From NCBI GenBank assembly GCA_050245995.1, contig JBFWWV010000029.1:14652-78651 (forward strand): 64,000 nt of DNA, given 5' to 3'. The stretch comes from Planctomycetota bacterium. Its GTDB lineage: Bacteria > Planctomycetota > UBA1135 > UBA2386. Both the position numbers and the translations under genes were made by a program. Under the pieces are notes generated by a model that was not told the origin of the DNA, did no database searches, and saw only the letters and a program-made list of their open reading frames with translations. Below, piece by piece: positions 57,097-64,000 of this stretch (position 1 is its first letter; each line of letters opens with the position of its first letter).

Positions 57097-58056
57097 GTGC
57101 GCGCCGCCGACGCGAGCTCTGCCCCGGCCGGGGGCGACGCCGACCTGCTCGGCGCCTACCTGCTGCACCTCGAGCAGGGGCGGCGCAAGAGCGCGGCGAC
57201 GCTGCGCGCCTACGGCACCGACCTGCGCGCGTTCCTCGGCTGGCTCGCGGCGGCCGGCCGCAGCGCCAAGGTCTGCGGCCGGTTCGAGCTGCGGCGCTAC
57301 CTGGTCGAGCTCGAGCAGCAGGGGCTCGTCGCCACCTCGATCCAGCGCAAGCTGGCGAGCCTGCGCGGCTTCTTCGGCTGGCTGCGCGAGGGCGGCGTCA
57401 TCGACCAGGACCCGGCCCGGCTGCTGCGCGGCCCGAAGGCGGCCCGCCGGGTGCCGAACTTCCTGCCGGCGGCGGAGGTCGACAAGCTGCTCGGACAGGA
57501 GTTCGACGACTCGCCGCAGGGGCTGCGCGACCGGGCGGTGCTCGAGGTGCTGTACTCGACCGGCTGCCGCGTCGCCGAATGCGCCGGCCTGCAGCTGCTG
57601 CACCTCGACCTCGACGAGGGCACGGCGCTGTTGCGCGGCAAGGGCAACAAGCAGCGGCTGGCGCTGCTCGGCGGCCCGGCGCGCGCGGCGATCGCGGCCT
57701 GGCTGCCGGCGCGGCGGCAGCTGATCCAGCAGAACCGCCGCAGCGACCCGGGCGCGCTGTTCGTCAACCGCTTCGGCCGGCCGCTGAGCGCGCGCTGGCT
57801 GTTCGAGACCGTCGCCGCCCGCGCCCGCAGAGCCGGCCTGCAGACGGCGCTCACGCCGCACGGCCTGCGACACTCGTTCGCCACGCACCTGCTGGACCGC
57901 GGCGCCGACCTGCGCACCGTCCAGGAGCTGCTCGGCCACGCCCGCCTCGTCACCACCGAGATCTACACGCACGTGTCGATCGGCCGGCTGCGCGACGTGT
58001 ACGATCGGGCGCATCCGCTGGGCCGCGGGCGCGCCGCCGACCACGACGGCGGCTGA
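57097..58056 (+). CDS. xerC: Tyrosine recombinase XerC/XerD family
   Basis: TLRAYGTDL, RKLASLRGFF, LRDRAVLEVLYSTGCRVAE, GKGNKQR, PHGLRHSFATHLL, QELLGHA..TTEIY. Confidence 0.88.
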   Translation: MRAADASSAPAGGDADLLGAYLLHLEQGRRKSAATLRAYGTDLRAFLGWLAAAGRSAKVCGRFELRRYLVELEQQGLVATSIQRKLASLRGFFGWLREGGVIDQDPARLLRGPKAARRVPNFLPAAEVDKLLGQEFDDSPQGLRDRAVLEVLYSTGCRVAECAGLQLLHLDLDEGTALLRGKGNKQRLALLGGPARAAIAAWLPARRQLIQQNRRSDPGALFVNRFGRPLSARWLFETVAARARRAGLQTALTPHGLRHSFATHLLDRGADLRTVQELLGHARLVTTEIYTHVSIGRLRDVYDRAHPLGRGRAADHDGG

Positions 58057-58092
58057 CGCCGACGCGCGGTGTCGCCCGGTCTCCGGGTCGGC

Positions 58093-58098
58093 TACACT
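58093..58098 (+). promoter_or_regulatory. -10 box TACACT, leaderless configuration
   Basis: 7 nt before ATG 58106. Confidence 0.6.
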
Positions 58099-58105
58099 CC
58101 CGCGT

Positions 58106-59644
58106 ATGGTCCGCACCCATTTCGCCGTGGCCACCGTTCTGCTGGGCCTCGCGCTCGCCCGCAATGCGGCGTCCCAGACCCTGCAGCAGACCGTGCTCGC
58201 CACCCAGCTCGACAGCCCGGTGGCGATGGCGCTGGCGCCCGACGGCCGGGTGTTCGTCGCCCAGCAGGGCGGCGCGGTGCGCGTGATCGAGGACGACGTG
58301 CTGCTGCCGCAGCCGTTCGTCGTCGTGCCGACGATCGCCAACGACGAGGAGGGTCTCGTCGGCATCGCGCTCGACCCGCAGTTCGCGCAGAACGGCTTCG
58401 TCTACCTGCGCGTCACGACGCAGACGCCGACCCGGCACAACCAGATCGTGCGCTACACCGCCAGCGGCGACGTCGCCGTCGCCGGCAGCGAGCTCGTGCT
58501 GTTCGACCTGGACACCAACCAGGCGCACTTCCACCTCGGCGGCTCGCTGCGGTTCGCGCCCGACGGGACGCTGTTCTTCGCCACCGGCGACAACGACACG
58601 CCGTTCTTCGCCGGCAACCTCGGCAGCCTGCACGGCAAGATGCTGCGCATCCGCAGCGACGGCACGATCCCGACCGACAACCCGTACTTCGGCACGCTGT
58701 CCGGCCGCCTGCGCGCGATCTGGGCGCACGGCTTCCGCAACACGTTCTCGTTCGCCATCCACCCGCAGACCGGCCGCGTGTTCGCCAACGACGTCGGCAG
58801 CAGCCAGTGGGAGGAGATCAACGACGTGGTCGCCGGCGGCAACTACGGCTGGCCCGGCAACGAAGGCCCGGGCGGCGCGGCCGGCACCACCGACCCGCTG
58901 TACGCCTACGACCACCAGAGCCTCGGCGGCGGCTGCGCCGTCACCGGCGGCGCGTTCTACGCGCCGACGACGCCGCAGCTCGGCGCGCAGTACCCGGGGC
59001 AGTACCTGTTCTGCGAGTACTGCCGGGCCGAGATCCGCGCCCTGGACCCGGCGGCGCCGACCGGCCACACGCGCGTGGTGACCTGCGACGTCCGCGGTCC
59101 GGTCGACCTCGCGGTCGCCGCCGACGGCGCGCTCTACTATCTGGCGCGCGGCAACGGCGCCGGTTCGGGCGGCACCGGGATCCGCTTCGGCGCGCTGGTC
59201 AAGGTGACCGCGCCCGGCGCCTTCCTGCCGACGTTCACGACCTTCGGCGACGGTTGCGTCGGCACGGCGGGCGTGCCCGCGCTCGCGGCCAACGGCGCGC
59301 CGCGGCTGGCGACGCCGGGCTTCCAGGTGCTGCTCGCCAACGTGCTGCCGTCGACGCTGGTCGCGCTGCAGCTCGGCCTCAGCAACACCGCCTGGGCGCT
59401 CGGCCCGCTGCCGCAGGATCTGGGCGTGGTCGGCATGCCCGGCTGCCTGCTGCGCACCAGCGGCGACCTCACGCTGGCGCTGTTCCACGGCGCCGGCAGC
59501 ACCGCGACGATCCCGCTCGGCATCCCCAACGACGCGTCGATGCTCGGCATCCCGGTGCACATGCAGGGCTTCGCGGTCGACTTCGCCGCCAACCCGTTCG
59601 GCGGCGTGGTGTCGGGCGGCGCGACCCTGCGCGTCGGCACCTGA
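58106..59644 (+). CDS. PQQ-dependent sugar dehydrogenase (GSDH family) with GxGC..GC C-terminal module
   Basis: EEGLVGIALDPQF, HLGGSLRFAPDG.LF..TGD, GKMLRI..DG.IP.DNP, HGFRN, WEEIN..GGNYGWP. Confidence 0.9.
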   Translation: MVRTHFAVATVLLGLALARNAASQTLQQTVLATQLDSPVAMALAPDGRVFVAQQGGAVRVIEDDVLLPQPFVVVPTIANDEEGLVGIALDPQFAQNGFVYLRVTTQTPTRHNQIVRYTASGDVAVAGSELVLFDLDTNQAHFHLGGSLRFAPDGTLFFATGDNDTPFFAGNLGSLHGKMLRIRSDGTIPTDNPYFGTLSGRLRAIWAHGFRNTFSFAIHPQTGRVFANDVGSSQWEEINDVVAGGNYGWPGNEGPGGAAGTTDPLYAYDHQSLGGGCAVTGGAFYAPTTPQLGAQYPGQYLFCEYCRAEIRALDPAAPTGHTRVVTCDVRGPVDLAVAADGALYYLARGNGAGSGGTGIRFGALVKVTAPGAFLPTFTTFGDGCVGTAGVPALAANGAPRLATPGFQVLLANVLPSTLVALQLGLSNTAWALGPLPQDLGVVGMPGCLLRTSGDLTLALFHGAGSTATIPLGIPNDASMLGIPVHMQGFAVDFAANPFGGVVSGGATLRVGT

Positions 59645-59662
59645 GCCGGGCCTGCGCGCGGC

Positions 59663-62302
59663 TCAGCCGGCCTCGAACTCGACCTCGCCGCCGTCGGCGT
59701 ACTCCTCGCCTTCCACCGGCACGCCGTTCCCGGCGGCCACGTCGCGCGCCAGCGCGTCGATCGCCACCAGCGCCAGCAGGAACAGCAGCCCGCTGCCGAA
59801 CAGCACCGCCGAGTAGCCGAAGCCGAGCGCCAGCTCGGTCGCGACCAGCGTACCGACGGCGCCGGTGGCGGCCGTCACCGCCCACGCCCACGGCACCAGG
59901 CCGGGATTGGTGTGCTCGACCACGCGCATGCCGTGCGCCAGCGGCATGCCGAGCAGCAGGCCCAGCGGCGCGACGACGATCGCGACGACCGCCGCGCGCC
60001 ACGCCGGCGACAGGCCGATGCACAGGTCGACGATGGCCGGGCTCAGGAACGCCACCAGCCCCGCCGCCGCGAACACGCCGATCGCGACGTAGCGCCCGCG
60101 CTGCGGCTCCCAGTTGAGCGCGCCGTGGCTGAGCACGGCGCCGACCGCGGCGGCGATCCACAGCGCCGCCAGGGTGATCGACGTCGAGTACTCCGGCGGC
60201 CCGAGCAGCAGCGCGAACTTCTGCTGCAGCGCCGCGGCGATGCCGACGAAGCCGAGCGCGACGGCGGTGAAGTAGATCAGGAAGCGGCCGGCGCCGTGGC
60301 GCGACTCGCCGCCGGCGCCGCCGCGCAGCAGCAGCGGCAGCAGCATCAGCACGACCGCCAGGATCACGCCGAGGCCCAGGTAGCGGTGCAACGTGCCGGC
60401 GCCGACCTCCAGCCGCTGCGGCGACGCCGGTGCCGCGGCGCCGCCGCTGCCCAGCTGATGGAAGAACGGCCGATCGTCGGTGACCGGACGCACGTCGAAC
60501 GGGTAACCCGCCGCGAACTCGCCCTTGTCGGCCGCCAGCAGGAACGCGGCGACGTCGTGGTCGCCGCGCATCTGCTCGAGCGGCGCCAGCGAGGTGATCC
60601 GCTCGGCCCGCAGCCGCTGCAGCTCCTTGTCGTCGACGCCCTCGTTGCGCACGCCGATCTCCCGGTCGATGCGCTCGAGCTCCTGCTCGACCGCGACGAT
60701 CGCGTCGCTGCGGCCGGCGACGACGGCGCGCAGGTCGGCGGCGGGGTCCACCACCAGCTGCAGACCGTGGTCGCGCGCAAACGCCGCGAGGCGCTGCTCG
60801 CCCTCCGCGGCGAAGCCGCCCTTCTGCAGCAGCACCGTGACGCGCAGGCCGGCCGCATCGCGCAGCACGGCCACCGCGTCGGCGAAGGTCGGGCGCTCGG
60901 CGTCGGAGAACGCGTGGAACAGGTCGTTCAGCAGCCGGATGGTCTCGGCGGCGTCGGCGTTGCGCGTGATCTCCAGCACGCCGCCGTCGCTCAGACGGTC
61001 GCACAGCGTGCGGCAGCCCTCGACCGTGTACAGCGGCTCCGGCACCAGGTCGCGGGCCCGGCTCGCGGCCGCCGCCGGCAGCGATCGGTCCAGGCACAGC
61101 AGCACGTCGAAGCGCTCGTCGGAGCGCATCAGCACCGAGCGCGGCGCGTCGGCCAGGACCTCCAGGTTGGGTCCGGTCAGCGGCACGGTCGGCCAGGTGG
61201 CGCCGGCCGCCGAGTGCAGCGCCAGCACGCCGCGATCCGGCTCGATCGCGCGCACGCGGCTGGCGTCGGCCGCGAGCACCGAGCGCAGCTCGGTGCCGGC
61301 GCCGATGCCGAGCACGCACACCTCGGCCGCGTTGCCGCGCTGCAGCGCGAGCGCCGCCACCGGGGCGGTGCCGTCGTGCAGCCATTCGCCGGCGCCCGCG
61401 CCGTAGCGCAGCCACCACTGCGGCGCCGCCGGCCCCAGCATCGGCGCGGTGAGGCCGCTGTCGGTCTCCGCTGCGGGCGCGGCCATCGACCCCACCGGCA
61501 TCACGTCGTCGTCGGCGCCCGTCGACTCGACCACCGTGGCGCGCAGCGCCACCCGGGCCTCGCCCGACCAGCGCACGAACGCAGCCGCAGGGGCCAGCTC
61601 GATCTCGTCGGTCGCGGTGATCGCCAGGTGTTCCGGCCCCGGCACGGGCAGCAGCGCGTCGGCGCCGTGCATGCCGTAGCCGCCGACCGCGGCGCCGAGC
61701 ATCAGCAGCGTGCGCGGGACGACGTCCATCGGCGCCGACGCGGCGCACGCGGCGCCCGCCAGCAGCATCGCCACCACGAACAGCCCGCCGGCGCCCACCT
61801 CCCACAGCAGCGTCGGGGCCGCGGCGCAGCCGAGGCCGATGCCCAGGAGGCCGGCGCCGTGCACCAGGTGCGCGGTGGCCGCTTGCGAGCCCACCAGCAG
61901 CCCCACCGCGGCACCGCCGAGCGCGAACGGCACCGCCGCCGCGACCTGGAAGCCGAGCAACTGCACCGCGCTGCCGGCCGAGTCGAACTGCGGCGACGCC
62001 GGCACCGGCGCGTGCAGCAGCCACGCCCAGCACAACGGCAGGCTCAGCAGGAACGCGCCCGACAGGCGGCGCACCCAGGCCTCGGGCAGCAGGCGCCAGC
62101 TGCGTTCGAGCAGCGCCAGCACCGCGGCGGCGACGCCGACCCCGAGCAGCGCCGTGGCGCCGACCCAGAGGCCGTGCACCGCGTGCATGCGCACGGCGCA
62201 CACCCGCTGCAGCAGGACCAGGAACACGAGCAGCGCCGCCGACAGCAGCGCGATGGTGACGATGGCGGAGCGCAGCGGGCGCGTATGGACGTCCGATGTC
62301 AT
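59663..62302 (-). CDS. Membrane-bound spermidine-synthase-like SAM-dependent transferase
   Basis: TM N-domain, VLGIGAGTE SAM motif, ERFDVL, LYTVEG, PVTDDRPFF, C-terminal TMs with PWAWAV. Confidence 0.8.
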   Translation of the reverse strand: MTSDVHTRPLRSAIVTIALLSAALLVFLVLLQRVCAVRMHAVHGLWVGATALLGVGVAAAVLALLERSWRLLPEAWVRRLSGAFLLSLPLCWAWLLHAPVPASPQFDSAGSAVQLLGFQVAAAVPFALGGAAVGLLVGSQAATAHLVHGAGLLGIGLGCAAAPTLLWEVGAGGLFVVAMLLAGAACAASAPMDVVPRTLLMLGAAVGGYGMHGADALLPVPGPEHLAITATDEIELAPAAAFVRWSGEARVALRATVVESTGADDDVMPVGSMAAPAAETDSGLTAPMLGPAAPQWWLRYGAGAGEWLHDGTAPVAALALQRGNAAEVCVLGIGAGTELRSVLAADASRVRAIEPDRGVLALHSAAGATWPTVPLTGPNLEVLADAPRSVLMRSDERFDVLLCLDRSLPAAAASRARDLVPEPLYTVEGCRTLCDRLSDGGVLEITRNADAAETIRLLNDLFHAFSDAERPTFADAVAVLRDAAGLRVTVLLQKGGFAAEGEQRLAAFARDHGLQLVVDPAADLRAVVAGRSDAIVAVEQELERIDREIGVRNEGVDDKELQRLRAERITSLAPLEQMRGDHDVAAFLLAADKGEFAAGYPFDVRPVTDDRPFFHQLGSGGAAAPASPQRLEVGAGTLHRYLGLGVILAVVLMLLPLLLRGGAGGESRHGAGRFLIYFTAVALGFVGIAAALQQKFALLLGPPEYSTSITLAALWIAAAVGAVLSHGALNWEPQRGRYVAIGVFAAAGLVAFLSPAIVDLCIGLSPAWRAAVVAIVVAPLGLLLGMPLAHGMRVVEHTNPGLVPWAWAVTAATGAVGTLVATELALGFGYSAVLFGSGLLFLLALVAIDALARDVAAGNGVPVEGEEYADGGEVEFEAG

Positions 62303-62407
62303 GGCAACGTGCCTGATCTCGGACGGCGGCGTCCCGCCGCTGAACCGGCGCTCCGCAATTCCACGCCGCACGACGACGACTGTCGCGAAACGCAGCGCCG
62401 CCGGCGC

Positions 62408-62938
62408 CTATCGCTGCAGCGCGGCGTCGAGGTCGCGCGCCACCGCCTCGAGCGCCGCCGCCATCGCCGCGGCGAGCGCCGGCGGGCTGCGGTCCTCGGC
62501 CTCGCTCGCGCCGGTGGCCGTGCCGCCGACGTCGCCGGCCGCCGCGCCGAGGCGCTCCCACCGCAGCACCACGGTCGCCGCCGCGCGCACGGACCCGACC
62601 AGCACCAGCTCGAAGCGCTCGACGTACACCCGCAGCCCGGTGCCGAAGCGCGCCGCCGGCACCAGCGTCGACAGCGTCCGCGCCACCAGGTCCTCGGGTC
62701 CGGCGACCCAGCGCAGCCCGGCGTCGATCGACAGCTCGTGCTCCGAGACCCGGACCACGAACTCCCGACCCAGGAACGGCGCCGCCGTCACCACCAGCGG
62801 CGCCGCCGCGGGTCCGGCGCCCACCGGCGCGGGATCGAACCACCGCACCGGCGGCGCCGGCGGATTGGCGCCGATGCACGCCGTCAGCAGCAGGCCGAGC
62901 GCCGCGGCGCAGTGTCGGGGGAGAACGGTCGTCGCCAT
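62408..62938 (-). CDS. ABC-type transport auxiliary lipoprotein (PqiC-like)
   Basis: Lipobox LTAC; RWVAGPEDLVARTL; follows the MlaD gene. Confidence 0.75.
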   Translation of the reverse strand: MATTVLPRHCAAALGLLLTACIGANPPAPPVRWFDPAPVGAGPAAAPLVVTAAPFLGREFVVRVSEHELSIDAGLRWVAGPEDLVARTLSTLVPAARFGTGLRVYVERFELVLVGSVRAAATVVLRWERLGAAAGDVGGTATGASEAEDRSPPALAAAMAAALEAVARDLDAALQR

Positions 62939-62957
62939 GCTTCGGTCCTCGTCGCGG

Positions 62958-63947
62958 TCATCGGTCGCGCAGCGGCGACCCCGAGTCGCCGCGCCCGCGC
63001 AGCAGCGCGCCGGGGTCGCGTTCGAGCAGCTCCGCCAGCCGCTCGATCGCCGCCAGCGTCGACCGCAGCCGCGGCAGCTGCTGCTGCAGGTCCAGGCTCA
63101 ACGCCGCGGCGCCGTCGCCGGCGGCCTGCAGGCTGCGGCTCGTGCCGCCGAGGTCGGCCGCGGCCAGCGCCGCGCGCAGGTCCTGGCCGACCGCCTCGAC
63201 CTCGCGCTGCAGCGCCCGCACCGGGCCCTGGTCGTCGCCCCAGCCGCGCGCCAGGTCGGTGATCTCGCGGAACGCCGCCTCGGCCGACTGCACGACCGAC
63301 AGCTGCTCGATGTCGCGCACGCGCGCCTCGGCCACCTCGAGCGCGCGTTCGGCGCGGGCGCTGAGCTCGGGCACGTTCGCGGCGCGCAGGTCGCTGCGGG
63401 TCTCGTCGATGAGCTGCCGCGCCGACTCCACCAGCTCCGGCAGCTCGCGCAGCACGTCGCGCAGGCCCTCCTCGACGCTGCGGAAGGTGCTGCGCACGGT
63501 GCGGATCGTGTTCTTCGGCGGCGTGAACGGCAGCTCGCGGTCGGCGCCGTCGCCGCGGTAGAAGTCGACCAGCACGAACGAGGTCTGCGTCAGGTACGAC
63601 GTCACCAGCTGCGCGCGCAGGTCGGCCGGGAACTCGCACTCGGGACCGAGCGCCGCGGTGTCGAAGCCGAGGTCCGCGAGGCGGTCGTCGTACAGCGCCG
63701 CCCGCACCTGCAGGTGCTTCTTGTCGACGGCCAGCCGGATGGTGTCGACCACGCCGATCGACACGCCCCGGAACTTCACCGGCGACCCGGGTTCGAGGCC
63801 GACCAACGGCTCGTCGAAGAACGCGAACGCGATGTGCACCGGCCGCTGCAGCCGCGCCATGCCGAGCCACATCAGGCCGAACAGCAGCACGCCGGCGCCG
63901 GCGACGACGAACAGCCCGAGCTTCCAGCGGCCGCCGGGCGCGGTCAC
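62958..63947 (-). CDS. mlaD: MlaD/MCE-family protein
   Basis: KLGLFVV TM, FDEPLVGLEPGSPVKFRGVSIGVV, helical tail ..LLERDPGALLRGR. Confidence 0.88.
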   Translation of the reverse strand: MTAPGGRWKLGLFVVAGAGVLLFGLMWLGMARLQRPVHIAFAFFDEPLVGLEPGSPVKFRGVSIGVVDTIRLAVDKKHLQVRAALYDDRLADLGFDTAALGPECEFPADLRAQLVTSYLTQTSFVLVDFYRGDGADRELPFTPPKNTIRTVRSTFRSVEEGLRDVLRELPELVESARQLIDETRSDLRAANVPELSARAERALEVAEARVRDIEQLSVVQSAEAAFREITDLARGWGDDQGPVRALQREVEAVGQDLRAALAAADLGGTSRSLQAAGDGAAALSLDLQQQLPRLRSTLAAIERLAELLERDPGALLRGRGDSGSPLRDR

Positions 63948-64000
63948 GTGCGTGCTCCCGGTGCGCGCCGCTGGAAGAACGCCTGCACGCGCCCGTCGCC
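63944..64000 (-). CDS. C-terminus of probable MlaF-type ABC ATPase (partial)
   Basis: GDGRVQAFFQRRAPGART*; TGA overlaps the mlaD GTG. Confidence 0.55.
   Translation of the reverse strand, partial: GDGRVQAFFQRRAPGART

Noticed and set aside
57097-58056. Tyrosine recombinase as prophage or integron integrase
   Set aside because: Size and motifs fit housekeeping XerC; no IntI insertion, att sites, attC (GTTRRRY) cassettes or phage genes nearby

Overview
Very GC-rich (about 70-75% by eye) bacterial chromosomal segment, most consistent with an uncultured Planctomycetota-like lineage. That placement is inferred from DUF1570-, DUF1579-, DUF1080- and prenyltransferase-toroid-like proteins and a prepilin with an H-X9-DG-like tail. 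The housekeeping scaffold is uvrC(partial)-uvrB, an M16 peptidase pair, pdp/deoA with two aldehyde dehydrogenase genes, gmhB, miaB-ribD, hup, mnmA, yajC-yraN-sugar transferase, serA-serB-class V aminotransferase, flagellin, xerC and the end of an Mla/Pqi-type ABC operon. Many secreted or lipoprotein genes are interspersed. No rRNA, tRNA, CRISPR array or transposase was recognised. Most notable: (1) a lipoprotein with a heavy-metal-associated domain whose metal motif reads U-G-G-C through an in-frame TGA followed by a SECIS-like hairpin (candidate selenoprotein missed by the ORF track); (2) three families of non-coding palindromic elements at eight loci that bracket accessory genes, including a 3.9-kb block with 19/20-identical terminal inverted repeats and an 860-bp hairpin; (3) a shared ~120-aa C-terminal module on four unrelated secreted proteins (possible sorting/anchoring domain); (4) ten genes with a TAnnnT box 6-9 nt before the start codon, suggesting leaderless transcripts. 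All calls come from motif reading by eye; no database searches were run.
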